From Octopus bimaculoides (lineage: Eukaryota), in contig NC_068987.1 in assembly GCF_001194135.2 (NCBI RefSeq), forward strand, positions 28,959,680-29,016,620: a DNA stretch of 56,941 nt, written 5' to 3'. The notes under the pieces are model-generated. The model searched no databases. It was not told the origin of the DNA and worked only from the letters and a program-made list of their open reading frames with translations. Shown here piece by piece: positions 24,580-38,170 of the stretch (position 1 is the first letter of the stretch; every line of letters starts with the position of its first letter). The position numbers and the translations under genes are program-made.

Positions 24580-24720
24580 AGCGGCGAACTATCAGGATCG
24601 TTAGCACGTCAAACGAAATGCTAATTGGCTTTATGTTTTCAGTTCAAACGCCATTGGGATCTACTGTGGCTTCCATTCTTTCAGGATCGATAAAATAAGT
24701 ACCAGTCGAGGAAATCGTCT
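24580..24720 (+). mobile_element. Old SINE B relic
   Basis: GCGGCGAACT..CGTTAGCACG..TCGATAAAATAAGTACCAGT. Confidence 0.6.
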
Positions 24721-25285
24721 AGCCCCACTCTGCACTTTTCCTTCTTTCAAAACTGCTGGTCGTATGTCTAAATTCCATAACATCATGATTATTATTATCA
24801 TTATTTCATTTCTCTTAAAACTGTGGACCTATGCTTAAATTAGAAATGATTGTTTAGCCCTCAAGTTTGCAATGATCCAACGGACATGTATTCAACAGTG
24901 TGATGCTTTTGGACATACCGTCAAACGCTTTATCTTTCAGGGAATACACAGTTCGAAATAATTATCTTATAAATCCTATCATTTAAGAGTCAATTGAGCA
25001 TTATTCTATTGAGCGGAATATCTGGTTTCTATTTCTATTAGGCTGAGTAACACGTAAACCGGTTCATACACAAGGTGAGCGAGTATTTGTTTCCTCGGCT
25101 TTTGATACTGAACTTGGATCCTTCCACTTATAAATCTGAGGTGGGGATAATGTTTAGAGCCGGAGTCGAAATACAAATGCATGAGAAACTGTGGAGCTGG
25201 AATTTCACAAATTCCTGCTACGTAGATTATATTAGTGATTTAGTTTTAAGGCATATGTAATTACTTTTCTCTCATTTCCCTGCAG

Positions 25286-25420
25286 GTCCTTTAAAGACGG
25301 TGAGCAGACAATTTCAAGCATCAGTATTGTTCCACAAGGAATCTGCAGTGGCATATCCAACGAATGTCGGATACCGTCTGATGGCATCAATTCCTCATTC
25401 CGAAAACTACTTTCACTGAG
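25286..25420 (+). CDS. Candidate internal exon (SFKDGEQTISSISIVPQGICSGISNECRIPSDGINSSFRKLLSL), unknown protein
   Basis: Strong acceptor TACTTTTCTCTCATTTCCCTGCAG|G, donor AG|GTGAAT, 135 nt, and an open phase-2/phase-2 frame. Confidence 0.35.
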
Positions 25421-25478
25421 GTGAATGGAAATATAGCATCTTCTTTTAGGTGTTATCAACAGCACAGACACACACACA

Positions 25479-25573
<95 letters not shown>

Positions 25574-25599
25574 GTTAGGTTATATTCTTTTTAGAACGT

Positions 25600-26151
25600 A
25601 GTAGAGTGCAGTATAAAACTCGTCAACATTCAGATTTCACTCGATGCTATAACTACCAGATTTGCGTTGGGGTTTCTGCAGTGTGTGAATGGATAATTGA
25701 ATAAGTTAGATTCAACAAGGAGTACAGAGGAACGTTTATTTATAATCACTACAATTCTTTGGATGCAACTTAGTTCTCCAGGTTCGCATGTATTTGGTTA
25801 TGTAACCGCTTCCCTGCATTATGAGATCTTGTGATTCATCAGGTGATATATAAAGATATTGTTTCTGTGTTTGTGCAAACTAAAAGTCTCGACTTCGAGT
25901 GCATCCTTTCTGTGGTAGCTTTGGAGGTAGTAGTAACGACGCAAACCACGCCAGACAGAAAAGATGCGCTGGAAGCCTAGTATTTGAATTTAAGGACCAC
26001 AGAAAAAAACATTTATATATCACCTGACGAAACACAAGATCTCATGATACAGAAAAACAGCTACATAACCAAATAGCTGCGAACCTGGAGACAATTGTAG
26101 TGATTATAAATAAGCGTTGCTCTGTACTCCTTGTTGACTCCAACTTATTCA
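25600..26151. mobile_element. Head-to-head inverted duplication, probably a second Penelope family (EN C-terminus + pLTR)
   Basis: Arms 25698-25915 and 25951-26151 are reverse complements. Both encode RKDALE(V/A), resembling the GIY-YIG C-terminal R..LE motif. Confidence 0.6.
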
Positions 26152-26159
26152 TATATATG

Positions 26160-26519
26160 TATAATTAATGATTATATCTATCTATCTATCTCTCTATCTC
26201 TCTATATATATATAATATATATATAATGCAAGAGAGTTAGGGGTTGAGGATTCAACCCACTAAGGGATAGTATCTATCCAATATACTGCTTGGAGGGTAC
26301 CCGATTATTGTTACACTAGTGTTATACCAAGTGTAATAAGTGGGTGCGGGTAAAAGGGGGGGTTATTTTAACTTAAATTTATATAGCAATTAGAAAATAC
26401 ACTGTCTGTATTCAACGGAATACACTGTCTGCAAGTCGATGGGTACCGCATATTCTCCTCCATTCTCTAATTGCTATATATATATATATATATATAATTA
26501 TATAATTAATGATTATATC
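26160..26519. repeat. Unclassified interspersed repeat: 19-bp flanking direct repeat and internal 15-bp inverted repeat
   Basis: TATAATTAATGATTATATC at 26160-26178 and 26501-26519. TATATAGCAATTAGA at 26380-26394 and its reverse complement at 26466-26480. Confidence 0.6.
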
Positions 26520-26807
26520 ATACTGTACTTTTAGTGACATATGTTATTCGGGAGTCCATATCATTCATAGCCTACTGTATGTGATGTCGAAATCTATTCA
26601 ATAAGGCATTCTAGTGGCGCTTAGCTCCATTTTACAATTACAATATGTATTTACCCCTTCCCAGTAAAGAATTTCTTCTATCATGAATGATTTTTTTTTT
26701 TTTTTTTTTTTTTGTTAGTGAATTCGTAAGATTCACATCTCCGCTAAATATAAAATATACCCTCCAAAATCTGTTACTATTATACCGCGATCATTTTCTT
26801 TGATGTA

Positions 26808-27166
26808 CACGGTGGACCAAAAGTGTTGCCACAACGTGTAAATATTGTTTTACTTTTCTATTATTAAGGAGAGACTTTCACAAGAGCGATACCAGAATAC
26901 CCAACATTTAAAGGACGCGATTTCGGCAATCTTTGCAACAATCACCAAAGCACAGCTTTGTAAAATATCACACAGGACATGGCGCCGCATCATTTTGTGC
27001 CACGAATATGATGATGTTCATACAGACCTTCTCAATGTATGAAAACGTCAATGTCAACGAAAGAAAATATACTAAAATGAGTACATATGTTTCATATTAT
27101 TATAGTGTTCCTCTATTGTCCTTATTGCTTTTCGCTAGAGAGTAACAAAACTTTCGAATCACTCTG
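26808..27166 (+). mobile_element. Internally deleted Tc1/mariner-superfamily element (MITE-like) retaining the transposase C-terminus
   Basis: TA flanks, imperfect TIRs CACGGTGGACCAAAAGT / ACTTTCGAATCACTCTG, and the peptide LKDAISAIFATIT..SHRTWRRIILC..HTD. Confidence 0.7.
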
Positions 27167-27769
27167 TACTTTAGATATATCTTATAAATCCATTCCCAAA
27201 TGTAATCTTGTCTATATTAAAACTTGATATATTTTATTTTATTTTGTATAAATAATAACATCATGGCTATAACTTTTACAATATACCAATACCATTATTT
27301 AAAAAATCCTTTTATTTCATCTCAACTTATATCCTCTTTATACCTGTTTTATATCACCTGTTTATACGTTTTTCTAACAAAAAAATAATTTTCTCAAATT
27401 TTTAGTTTTTGATATTTTGTATTTTTTATATTTTATGCCTTTATATACTCTTTTATATATTTTCATGGTTTTTATAGTTTATTTTTATATTTTATTTTTT
27501 ATAATGTTATGCTTTTATTTATCCTTTTATATATTTCTATAGATTTTATAGCGTATACATTTGTGACAATTTATACTTTTTTCATACAATTCACTGTATA
27601 CTGTAATACTATATTATTATATTTTTTAATCATAAATAACATTCATTATGGGAGCTTTGTGGTGTTCGTCACAGTTTACAATTTTGTTCCAATTGTTTTC
27701 AAATTTGGTATATGGATTAAGTTTTGTGTACTTATGAAAATAGTATTCATTTTCCCTATAAATCCATAA

Positions 27770-28205
27770 TTAAAAAAGTTATTAGCTTTTAAAATTTACA
27801 AAATTTGAGTATTTTAACCAATTAGAAGCGAATATTTTACACATGACTGTGGCGAAAAACTCTGTCTCCATTGTAACTAAAGATACTGTGCACGCACACA
27901 AGGGAGAGAAAGAGATACGAGAAAGATAATCTTCTACTATAATAATACTCATGTGTTTTCTCCGTCACAACATATGAATCAGAAAGGAAGGGGTGGTAAA
28001 TGAATAAGGAAAGAAGGGGTGATGACAAACTGATAGAGGAAGAGTTTCAACTCTGTGTGAGAATAAGTGTGTATGTATGTGCACAGCAATGATTTGACGT
28101 GCCGACCCCCCCCCCCACCAATGATGGAGGAGGCTGTTTTCTGATTGGCTGAAAATTATGAAAATTATCACACTTTGAACAGCTGAGCTGTAACATTTTT
28201 GCAAA
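27770..28205. mobile_element. Possible old MITE with degenerate TIRs
   Basis: Left TTTAACCAATTAGAAGC versus right reverse complement TTTCAGCCAATCAGAAAAC, with loose similarity over about 60 bp. Confidence 0.3.
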
Positions 28206-30758
28206 ATTATTCTGGAATAAATGAATAATAAATTCGGATTCGACGTCAAAAATTACCTCTATATGACACATAAAATAAATTTCTAATAATAACTGTAAAC
28301 AGTGACGAAAACCACAAAGATCCTCATTATGTTATTATAGGACTAAATTTATTTAAATCTTGCATCTCAATGTACTCCTTTATATATTTAATATATCATA
28401 TTCATTCATTCTATACATTAAATATCATGTCTTACTACATCCTATCTTTGCCCACCTATATTTGACGGGAATGGTTTTAATATCAGTAAATTTGTATACT
28501 ATAAGTATATATTTATGTTATAAATATTTCCGTTATACATTCATCATATAATATTTTACCAGGATATTTTATACACTACATTTATGAAAAGTCTTCATAT
28601 TTCCCTTACAACTTAAAGTATCCCCTTATTAAAATTCTAAGTGTAACTTGTAGCCTTGATCTTTATATCTAAATATATTTTGCTTTAACATTATAAATAT
28701 GCTAAGTTACAATGTACGCCTTCCCTTATTTTTTGAACTTATTTTCCACCCCTAATTTCGAATACTTGTTGCTTTAGCTTTTCATTACCTTCCCCTTTAA
28801 GATGACAATCAAAATTAGTACCTCTTCCTATCCTTCTTTCATTCAATTATCACCCCTTCCCCATCAGGCATTACCACTTTTTTACCACCCCAACCCTAAA
28901 CATTTGGCGTAGACAAAGCCGGATATAAGTTTCCAGTACTTAGTATGTTGTCATGATAATAATTTATCACCTTTGTATAGAATACAGCTAGAGCTCCCAA
29001 AAGATTTAATTTTGTATGATTGAAGACTACATTCCCTCTATTGTCTTCGAAGATTAGGTAACTATATCATTACTATATCATTACGCTTAATTGTTCCTCA
29101 CCCCAATATAACCTCTACTAGCTTCTAAATTCTAGTAGGTTCGACACTACATAGACTATTTTCTAAACTCATTCTGCCAAGATAAAGCAGGAGAATCAAT
29201 GTAAATAGTTAAGGTCCGTTGGTGATACGAATATGTTCAAGCAGTTTTATATATATAGGGAAATCCAAGACCAAAAACCATAGAAAGAACGATAAAAGCC
29301 TATTAAACGCGCTTGGCGAGAATAGAAGAAATGAGCTTTCGAGTGTGTCTCTTTGTCGGATAGGAGAAAAAGTTCAGGGAAGAGGGAAAAAGGGAAGAAG
29401 CGAATAGACCGGAGAAAAGTACGTGTGTCGTTACGTGCCAAAATATAGAAACTGACTGGATGTTGAAGAGGGATATAGAATGGGGTCTTTGAAAGCAGGA
29501 GAGTGCAAAATAGCCATCGTGTATGTCTGTATGCAAGCGTACACGAGTGTGTTTGAGTGTATAATTGTGTAGTACTCGTGTATGTGGAGTGAATACGTGT
29601 ACATATGATTTTGTTTTTGTATGTATGTGCGCATACGTACGAGTGCATCTGCGGGTACCAGTAGCGTGTTTGTATATTGGGGAGTGTTGCACTGGACGGT
29701 AGTATATGCGTGTGAAATGTGCTTAGGTGAGTGTGCGTGTGAGGGTGGATCTAACAGGTTAGTAGCTGTAGGGTCAAGAAGTCGGAGGATGTAGGGTCGT
29801 GAGGCTGGGTGATATGTGCGTGTAAATGTGAGTGTGTGTGTCTGTGTGTACGTATGTGTTTTGTGCACGTATGAATGTGCGTGTGTGTAGATGTATGACT
29901 ATATATGTACGTGTTTGCATGCACGCATGTGTGTGTGGCTGTAAATATTCATGTTGTGTTTGTGAGTAGGGGGTGTAAATTATACATGTAATAAGTGGAA
30001 GCATTTGGATGATAAGTGGAGAGAGAAAAGGATGGGCAAAGCAGAGGAAAGGAGATGAGAATGGTGAGAGATGGAACCTGGTAGGTGTTATAACAAGGTT
30101 AGGGTGTTATGTCCAAACGTCGTGCGTTAGTAATAAGAAGTACCGTTTTTTCCCTGCGAAGCCAAATGTATAGATAGATAAAACTTACTTGGAAAAGGAT
30201 GCGTGGTGTTCGATCACTGCCTTCCTATAGAAAAGACGCGTTGTTTCTGTCTCTTCTCTCATGCACGTCTATCTAGCGTTCAAAATAATAATTTTTCTAT
30301 CGTCTTAGCTTAACATCCCTCACTGTTTGTTTTTACTGTCTTGTTCTCACTGTCCTGTTCTTACTGTTTTTATTGTCTTGTGCTCACTGTCCTGTTCTTG
30401 TTAACACTTTAACCCTCCAAAAAAAATTCCAAATTTTATTTAATTTGCTTTGCGGGAAGGACTATTCCAACGAAGTTGCGTATTGTCCTTGCCTTCGAAA
30501 CGCGGAGTAGATAGAAAAGGGACAACTGACGAAAGGATATACCCTTTATGTTGCATGTCTCGTTTCTCTGTTTGCTGTGTTCGTTGTTCGAAAAAAGTTC
30601 GTTTTCTATTTTCGTTTTTATGTGTTCATTCCTCATTGTGTTTAACGTTGTTCTTTTTGTCCTGTACCCATATATGCATGTAAGTATACATATAAATGTA
30701 GGTATATACATATATGGATGGATATATGCATATATTTATATATTATTTATATTATTGT

Positions 30759-30809
<51 letters not shown>

Positions 30810-30914
30810 CATAGATGCATAGATACATACATACATGCATACATACATACATACATACATACATACATACATACATGCATACATACATACATACATACAT
30901 ACATAGTTAGATAT

Positions 30915-31244
30915 AGGGACCAGCTTGACTGCATGGTAAGAAGTCTGCTTCTCAACCACATTATTGTGGATTCAGTCCTAGTGAGTGGCACATTGGAGAG
31001 TGACTTGGGACGAGCAAAGCCTTGTAAGTGGATTTGGTAGACGGAAACTGAAAGAAGGCCGTCGTATATATATATGTGTATGTGTGTGTATGTATATGTT
31101 TGAAGCTCTGTGCGTGTGTGTGTGTGTGTGTGTGTCCCACACACTATTGCTTGACAAGTGGTGTTGATGTGTTTATGTCCCCGTAACTTAGTACTAGGCT
31201 TAAAAGAATAAATCATTGGATCGATTTCCAGCATGGCTGCAGTC
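30915..31244 (+). mobile_element. SINE family C, decayed with deletions
   Basis: GGTAAGAAG..GCTTCTCAACCAC, AAAGCCTTGTAAGTGGATTTGGTAGACGGAAACTGAAAG, CCCCGTAACTTAG, CCAGCATGGCTGCAGTC. Confidence 0.8.
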
Positions 31245-31261
31245 CCCCGTCTCTCTCTCTA

Positions 31262-31318
<57 letters not shown>

Positions 31319-31370
31319 GTGATGTATATATGTATGTACGTATGTATGTATTTATGTATATATGTATACA

Positions 31371-31496
31371 CGACGGATTTCTTTCAGTTGCCGTCTACCA
31401 AAATCCAGTCACAATGCTTGGTCGACCCGAGATTATGTTAGAAGACATTTGCTGAAGCAGTTGTAAGCGTCTTCGACACAGCCACGCCTATGCTTA
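31371..31496 (-). mobile_element. SINE family C 5' fragment
   Basis: CGACGGATTTCTTTCAGTTGCCGTCTACCAAAATCC..CACAGCCACGCCTA. Confidence 0.75.
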
Positions 31497-31508
31497 TATC
31501 TATATACA

Positions 31509-31568
<60 letters not shown>

Positions 31569-33757
31569 CTCTGGGCCTGATGAATTACTGACGAGAGTAT
31601 GCCTTTCATGTTTTTCTACACGCATGGCTTTCTAAAGCCTATTAGAAGTGAAACACGTCATGCAGAATGAATAATAGTCAAAATTCCTAGTTTTCTATTT
31701 TAATATATAATTACACACCAATAAACATTCTCCGATATTTAATAGTATTCTTTATTATTTTCAACTCTGATATAAATCAAAACATCTACAAATATACTTT
31801 GGAGAACTGAAATATGCCGTTGTGCTTCATGAATACACAGCTTGGATTGTAGTCCTATCTCCATACTAAGTGCGTGCGTGAGTGTGTGTGTGTGTGTGTG
31901 TACGTGTGTGTGCATGTGAATGTATATATATACATTTATATTCAATTCTGTGCGTGTCTCTGTCTATATATATACACACAGAGTGACAAAGAAAGAGAAA
32001 TGTATGTATGCATACATTCAAGTATACACATACACACAAACAGAAAACTACTCACACACAAGCACACATGCACACACGCCTATTCCTATACAGCTCACGT
32101 GACTTAAACCACGCTGTTCAGTTATATATCAATAATTTCAAGTTTTATGGGTGGGGGTCAGTCATTCTATTTAATATACATGTGTTGTTTTTTGTTTTTA
32201 TTTTTGCTGTTGGTCGTTTCTAATTTACTTTGGTGTGAGCTCCCTCGTGCACACACGCAGTCCATGACTGTTTATTCCAGTTATTGTACAGAATTTTAAC
32301 AGTGACATTTTAAAACTTTACTACATTATACAGCAACTAAGAACGGCGGCTGATTTTATCATAACCTCGTTCATTATTGCTACGTCGTTACACTAGCATC
32401 AACGTTTATATTTTATCGTGTATATTATCATATTACAGCTGCAGCCTTCAACTAATACCTACTTTTTCGTTATGCTCTTATAATATTCCTCACTATAAAT
32501 ATACGTTAATATTTTCCAATTGATACATATCTTTACTTTTTACAATATATTAATACGATTTGTTTCTCCGCCTGCTTTGATTATATTATCAACAATTGGG
32601 ATTTCTTTTTTTTTTTTCTCTTTTCTCATTCTATTACAGAGAAAATAAAGGAAACAACCGTAATAAATTAATCGTTATTTCTAATAGTATATTCTTTTTT
32701 TCTTCCGTTTTCATGCTGCTGATCTAAAACTCGGTCAAACACCAGCAATATTACAGTTGTGGCTGGTCATTTGTTGTTGCAACAAATCTTGTCTTCCTCG
32801 TCCTCGTCCTCGTCCTCCTCCTCCTCTTACTACTTATCCTCCTTCTCTTTCTACGTTCTATCAATCCTTTCTTTACTTCACAGACAATAATATTTCCTGT
32901 CGTTACTTTCCCATCTCAGCTACACTAACATTAAAATAACATTCTACTCTTTGATACCAAGCCTGCTTTCCATTTCACGATATCAATCACCCATATTCTA
33001 TTTTAGCAACAATCTTATATTAACTCACATTGTTCGAATATCAGCCCCATACTTTCCTACTTCAAATATGTCTTTATCACACTTTTCTCTCTCTCCTTCT
33101 CTTTCACTCGCTATCAATCTCACTCTCTATCTCTCTCCCCTCTCTCTCCCTCTCTCTCCTTGTTTATATAGGTCTCTCTTGCTCTCACTAAAAATTGTTC
33201 TACTACATTTAATTGCCCTACTATTTCCTTCTATTCAGCGTTTTTGCCTTTCTTCTTTTTGTTGTTTTTGTTTTTGTTTCCAATTTACTTTACTCCTTGT
33301 CTCCCCTATCCGCTCTGTTTTGCTAACCCAACCTTTTTTTGTTTTCTTGTTAATCCATCTTTTCACTCTTCACTTCCCAATTCTCTCCTTTTTTCCTTAC
33401 AATCCTACTACAATTGCTCTTTTCCGATTGCTTGAACATAGATTTTCTCTTCTTTCATATCTCCTCCCTCTCCTCTATCGATGATCCATATAAGTACATA
33501 GACAGTCTTTCCGCAACCATTCCCTTCTGCTTTGTTTTATTTTATGAAGGATATGAAATATAATAAAACAGAAATAGAAATCCCATTTATGCTTTCAATC
33601 TTACGTCTCTTAAAACCCACACCCACGGAATGAAACACGTACGAATTTATCTTACCCTGTATTTATTAATCCATCAATCTATTAATTCATCTTCTAATAC
33701 ATATATCCACATAACTGTATCCTTATAGTCATACATACGGTTATAGTTTCACTACTA

Positions 33758-33976
33758 TTCGATGAGATGCTGAAAAATTTCTGGCTTTAGGGGTGTCGTG
33801 AAAGGCCAGGTTGGAGGCTCAAAGTTCCGAGTTTTTTACAGGGCTTAGAAAAACTGAAGGGCCTCTGCAAGAAGTGCTTGAATCGGAGAGCAGAATACGT
33901 TGCATAAAATTATAATTAACGGTTCCCCTTGCATTTTCTTTCACCCAAAGCCAGGAACGTTTCGTCCCCCACCTCG
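33758..33976 (+). mobile_element. Mariner-derived MITE (~220 bp)
   Basis: TIRs GCTGAAAAATTTCTGGCTTT / AAAGCCAGGAACGTTTCG with TA flanks. The interior resembles the mariner C-terminus (GL.K...C.KC......YV). Confidence 0.75.
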
Positions 33977-35129
33977 TATATCTTCGCTCTCCCAAATTTC
34001 TTTTCTTATTTTACCCCGCGAAACAAATTTTTAACTCGTCATCCATGTAAATTTCTAAATAGCATTTCTCCACAAGGGGTCCTCTCTAGAATACATTATG
34101 CACCTTTGTATGAGGAACGTATTTTATTCTTTATATTTTTAAGCTCCTTCAAAACCCAGTTCCTTTTCTCATCCTTTACACACCATGCTACTCCAAATAC
34201 CATTTAATTGTAACATGTTTCAAATATTTGTACACCACCACATCCCTGTAACATCCTTTTATTCTTTGCTCAGTTCATATCACTACTTCAATATTTAGAT
34301 GCAGCAAATCCTTTTGTTTTCAATCTAGAAATATTTCGCTCTACTTATACTTACAGCGGAAAAATATTCGTATAAAAAATACATTTAATTTCCTAATACA
34401 AAAGAATGTTTTGAAGTATCATCTTGTCATCATAATCATCGATGTATTATTACAATTTCGTATTTCATGTTTACTTCCAGAGACGCCATTGCAAAAAAAC
34501 AGTTCGATCCGATTTGCTAAAAGACCTAATATTGAAATCAAGTTTATTCATAATAAAGAGCTACAGTGTATATAACAAACATGAGATCGTTATAAAGATA
34601 CTTGTTGAAAACTAAAGTGAATTTGTTTTAATAATCTAACAGCAAAGAAGATAAAAATAATTTTCAAATAATATCAAGGAATAGTTTAATATATTATCAC
34701 CAGTTGTGCTCTATGAATCAATACCTGCGCGTGCGTGAGACAGAGTATGTTGCGTGTGCGTACGCGTGTTTATGTGAGAGTGTGCCTGCGTGCACGTGTG
34801 TGTATCTGTTTATGTGTGTATATTTGTGAGCCTATGTATGAAAGACAAGCCAATGTTTCAGTTAGTTCTATATTTCTCTTGATGCCTCTGTATATTGGTG
34901 ATGAAACTGATAGGATGCTCAAATATTTTCAGCTTTTACCGAATGCAGTGCATGCAGACAAGAATACACACACACACACATAAGCATGTACGAGCACACA
35001 CACATTATATATATGAATATATACATACGTATATATATAGAGAGAGAGAGATATGTATAATACATGTGTTACATGAATTATATACATATATGTGAACAGA
35101 TAAAAGTATTATATATAAACTTTTGTGTG

Positions 35130-35311
<182 letters not shown>

Positions 35312-36347
35312 TATACATGTGCGTGCGTCCTTGTGTATGTATTTGTCTGTACATATATATGAATATACACACAATACACACACATACATATATACATATA
35401 TATTTACTCACACAAAGAGGAAGTGAAAGAGAGTGAGAGAGAGAGAGTGAAACCGACAGACAGACAGACAATGACAGAGGCTGATAAACACACGGAAAGA
35501 GAAAGAATGTGGGAGTTGTGAGTATGTAATATGTGTACAAAGGCAGAATTATTTAGAATATCGCTTCCTAACCATAAATTGCTGGTTTCGATTCAGCTAT
35601 GTGTCTGTCCCTGGGAGCGCCGTGTTGCTAGATTATTATTTCGTTTGGTCTCGTATGGAAATCTGTCGGGATGCATTCTACACAGAATTCAAACATCTAA
35701 CATTAGCACATGATGTCGCGATGATTTTTCCTGAGAATTATGTGTCTCTTGAATACTCGGCCACTCATATGCTAATTCAATTCACTTGGTAGTTCTCTAG
35801 TTTTGACAAATGAACCCTTACAGCCGGTGATTCTAGCTACAATCGTTTACATATTTGTGCGCGCGCGCGTAGGTCTCTGTGTGTTTGTGTGAATGAGAAT
35901 GTCAGTGTGTGTTTACGTGTTTGCTTTACTTTATGGTAAATGGTATATGAGGAAGGTGTGGCCTGTGTGAAAGAAGACACGTTACCCCCTTCGGCTTTGA
36001 CCTCTACCTGGCACTAGACACTCATATGTGTTCCAAGTAGCAATTTGCATTCAACAGTAACCATACTGCCGTAACCCGCATCGAGGGAGGGGCTAAAGCA
36101 GAGGAGGATAAACAATATATAAGTATGTTATGGCTTACCTACCTATGCCTGTGAAAACTGGATCCGGCGGAGATTGCGGAAGAAACATTCATAGTTCAGT
36201 ATAGATGAAAGTAGTAGAAGCAACGAATTGTGGAATGTGGAGAGGCTGAATTGGCAAGTAAGACTTCGTGGTCATCCATTAAATGTTTCTCAAGTCGTTC
36301 TGATCTGCTCATGCCACTGGACGTGAGAAGGAAGTTGACAATACACA

Positions 36348-36575
36348 ACGAGCTGGCGGAAACGTTAGCACACCGGGCTAAATGCTTAGCGGTATTTTGT
36401 CTGCTGTTACGTTCTAAGTTCAAGTTCCACCGAGGTCGACTTTGCCTTTCATCTTTTCAGGGTCGATTAAAGAAGTACCTATTACGCACGAGTGTCGATG
36501 TCATCAACTTAATTCCTTTGTCTGTCCTTGCTTATGCCCTCTATGTTTAGCCCCTTGTGGGCAATATAGAAATAA
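36348..36575 (+). mobile_element. SINE family B (tail type i)
   Basis: CGAGCTGGCGGAAACGTTAGCAC..GGTCGACTTTGCCTTTCATC..TTTAGCCCCTTGTGGGCAAT. Confidence 0.88.
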
Positions 36576-36618
36576 ATACACAGCTCTTCTTCATCTTATG
36601 CAAAGTTCCTACTGAATC

Positions 36619-36774
36619 ACGGCTATTTGGTAACAAGCTTACTTCTCAACTACACGGTCCTGGGTTTAGTCCCGCTGCGTGACACCTTGAGCAAGTATCT
36701 TGTACTATAGCCTCCAGTCGACCAAAGCATTGTGAGTGGATTTGGAATACGGAAACTGAAAGAAGCCCGTCGTA
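36619..36774 (+). mobile_element. SINE family C 5' half
   Basis: CCCGCTGCGTGACACCTTGAGCAAGT..TGTGAGTGGATTTGG..GAAACTGAAAGAAGCCCGTCGTA. Confidence 0.85.
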
Positions 36775-37268
36775 TTGGTCCTCAGTCGAAAGACACCTGT
36801 TATTAATATCGTGTTATTTGTATTTGTGTACTATTTCCCCGTTTTTTTTCCGTCCTTATTTTCGTATTCATTCGCTGCTTTCTTCCAAGGAATCTAGCGC
36901 TCTTAGCTTAGTTTTTCTTTGGGGCTGGCCAGATTGGAGCAATCTCGAGTATAACCAGCGGAAATTGCAAAGATAATCTGGAACTCGACTGAGGAAAAAA
37001 AAACTTCAAATGACCCGTTCTTGTTTTCTTTGTATCATCTGTCTGGATGTTTTGTTGTCCCTTATTTGTATCACCTAACTGTTTGGATGTTTTGCTTTCT
37101 TGTCTCATTTTTGTATTTTTTATATATAAAAAATATAGCTGCGTACGTACACTTTGGTCTCTTATATGTATATCTACATCTATATATAGTATTAATAATG
37201 ATGAGGAGAACAGAAATCTATATAATTTTATGAAACAGTTATTTACAGTTAGTACATCATTCTTTCAT

Positions 37269-37354
37269 GGACCTACACGCGTTTCAACTGTATCAACTGC
37301 ACACTTTTAGATGCACATTTTTGTGTTATTGTTGATGCAATATCATCAGGGTTC
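37269..37354 (-). ncRNA. Type I hammerhead-like motif with extended helix II, probably the 3' end of a decayed PLE
   Basis: Minus strand GAACC-CTGATGA-TATTGCATCAAC..GTTGATACAGTT-GAAACGCGTGTA-GGTCC. Confidence 0.55.
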
Positions 37355-37359
37355 ATTAA

Positions 37360-38170
37360 TTACTGTCATTCAAGTTAATCTGAATAAATCACGAAGCTGA
37401 AAGAATAGAGTGTCTTTTAGGAGGGGTTGGTGTTAGTAAATATATTTATATCATTCTAGACCCAAAGTTCTCCTCGGCTACTTTGGTATGTGAAGCTAAG
37501 TATAGTATTGAAAATAGGTGAAGGTCAGGAGGTTGTGCAGGATCATTAGTATTAGTATTATCATAAAGCTTACCATTCAACACATTCTAGAATGATACTT
37601 TTTTTTTTCTTGTATTTAATTTTGGTTTATTATTTGTTTTTGTTTTCACAATTGCTATTCTATTAATAATTTCCTTGCTCTATTAAGAATAATGCTTTTA
37701 TTTGAATCTGAATTTATTAAACGTAAGCTTACTATTCTACTCATATGGAGGAGAATTTTTATTTTTAAAGTGTTCGTTTAATTTTGATTTATATGTTTTT
37801 ATTTTATATTTTCACAATTATTTTTCTAGTAATTTATAATTTTCTTGCCTATTATATGTAATGCGTTTAAATATACTTTTAATTTATTAGAAGTATATTT
37901 ATTCACATGAATGCATTTTATACCACGTTCCTGTCTAGAGTTTATCAGATTCCATCTTGAAGTGAAAATGTAGTATATTTCCCTCTAGTTCACAGTTTAG
38001 TATATTTCCCTCTAGTACACAGTTTAGCACTACTAATTATATCTGCCAATTGAGTATATTTTAATACTATCTTTAGCAACCAAATTAATCTACTTAAAGT
38101 TGTATTATATGGACTAGCACCTATACAGAAATATCCGACGCCTTCTGATATGACTTTACAACTGTAAGCC
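37360..38170 (-). pseudogene. Possible highly decayed Penelope linker/GIY-YIG region
   Basis: Only weak peptide hints (LADIISSAKL, SKLNEHF) upstream of the hammerhead on the same strand. Includes a 27-bp tandem duplication at 37971-38024. Confidence 0.3.

Noticed and set aside
25042-25074. 33-nt segment with good acceptor and donor (similarly 28981-29057)
   Set aside because: Stops in all three frames; cannot be supported as coding, and there is no evidence for a non-coding exon.
31570-31665. CTGATGA/CTGACGA followed by GAAACACGTC as a hammerhead
   Set aside because: No helix I or helix II pairing could be built.
37190-37242. TGATGA..GAAACAGTT degenerate hammerhead on the plus strand
   Set aside because: Core C3 is missing and helix II is unpaired; too decayed to support.
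38075-38162. Plus-strand splice-bounded open frame NQINLLKVVLYGLAPIQKYPTPSDMTLQ
   Set aside because: It overlaps a probable minus-strand PLE relic, so the open frame is more simply explained as antisense to transposon coding sequence.
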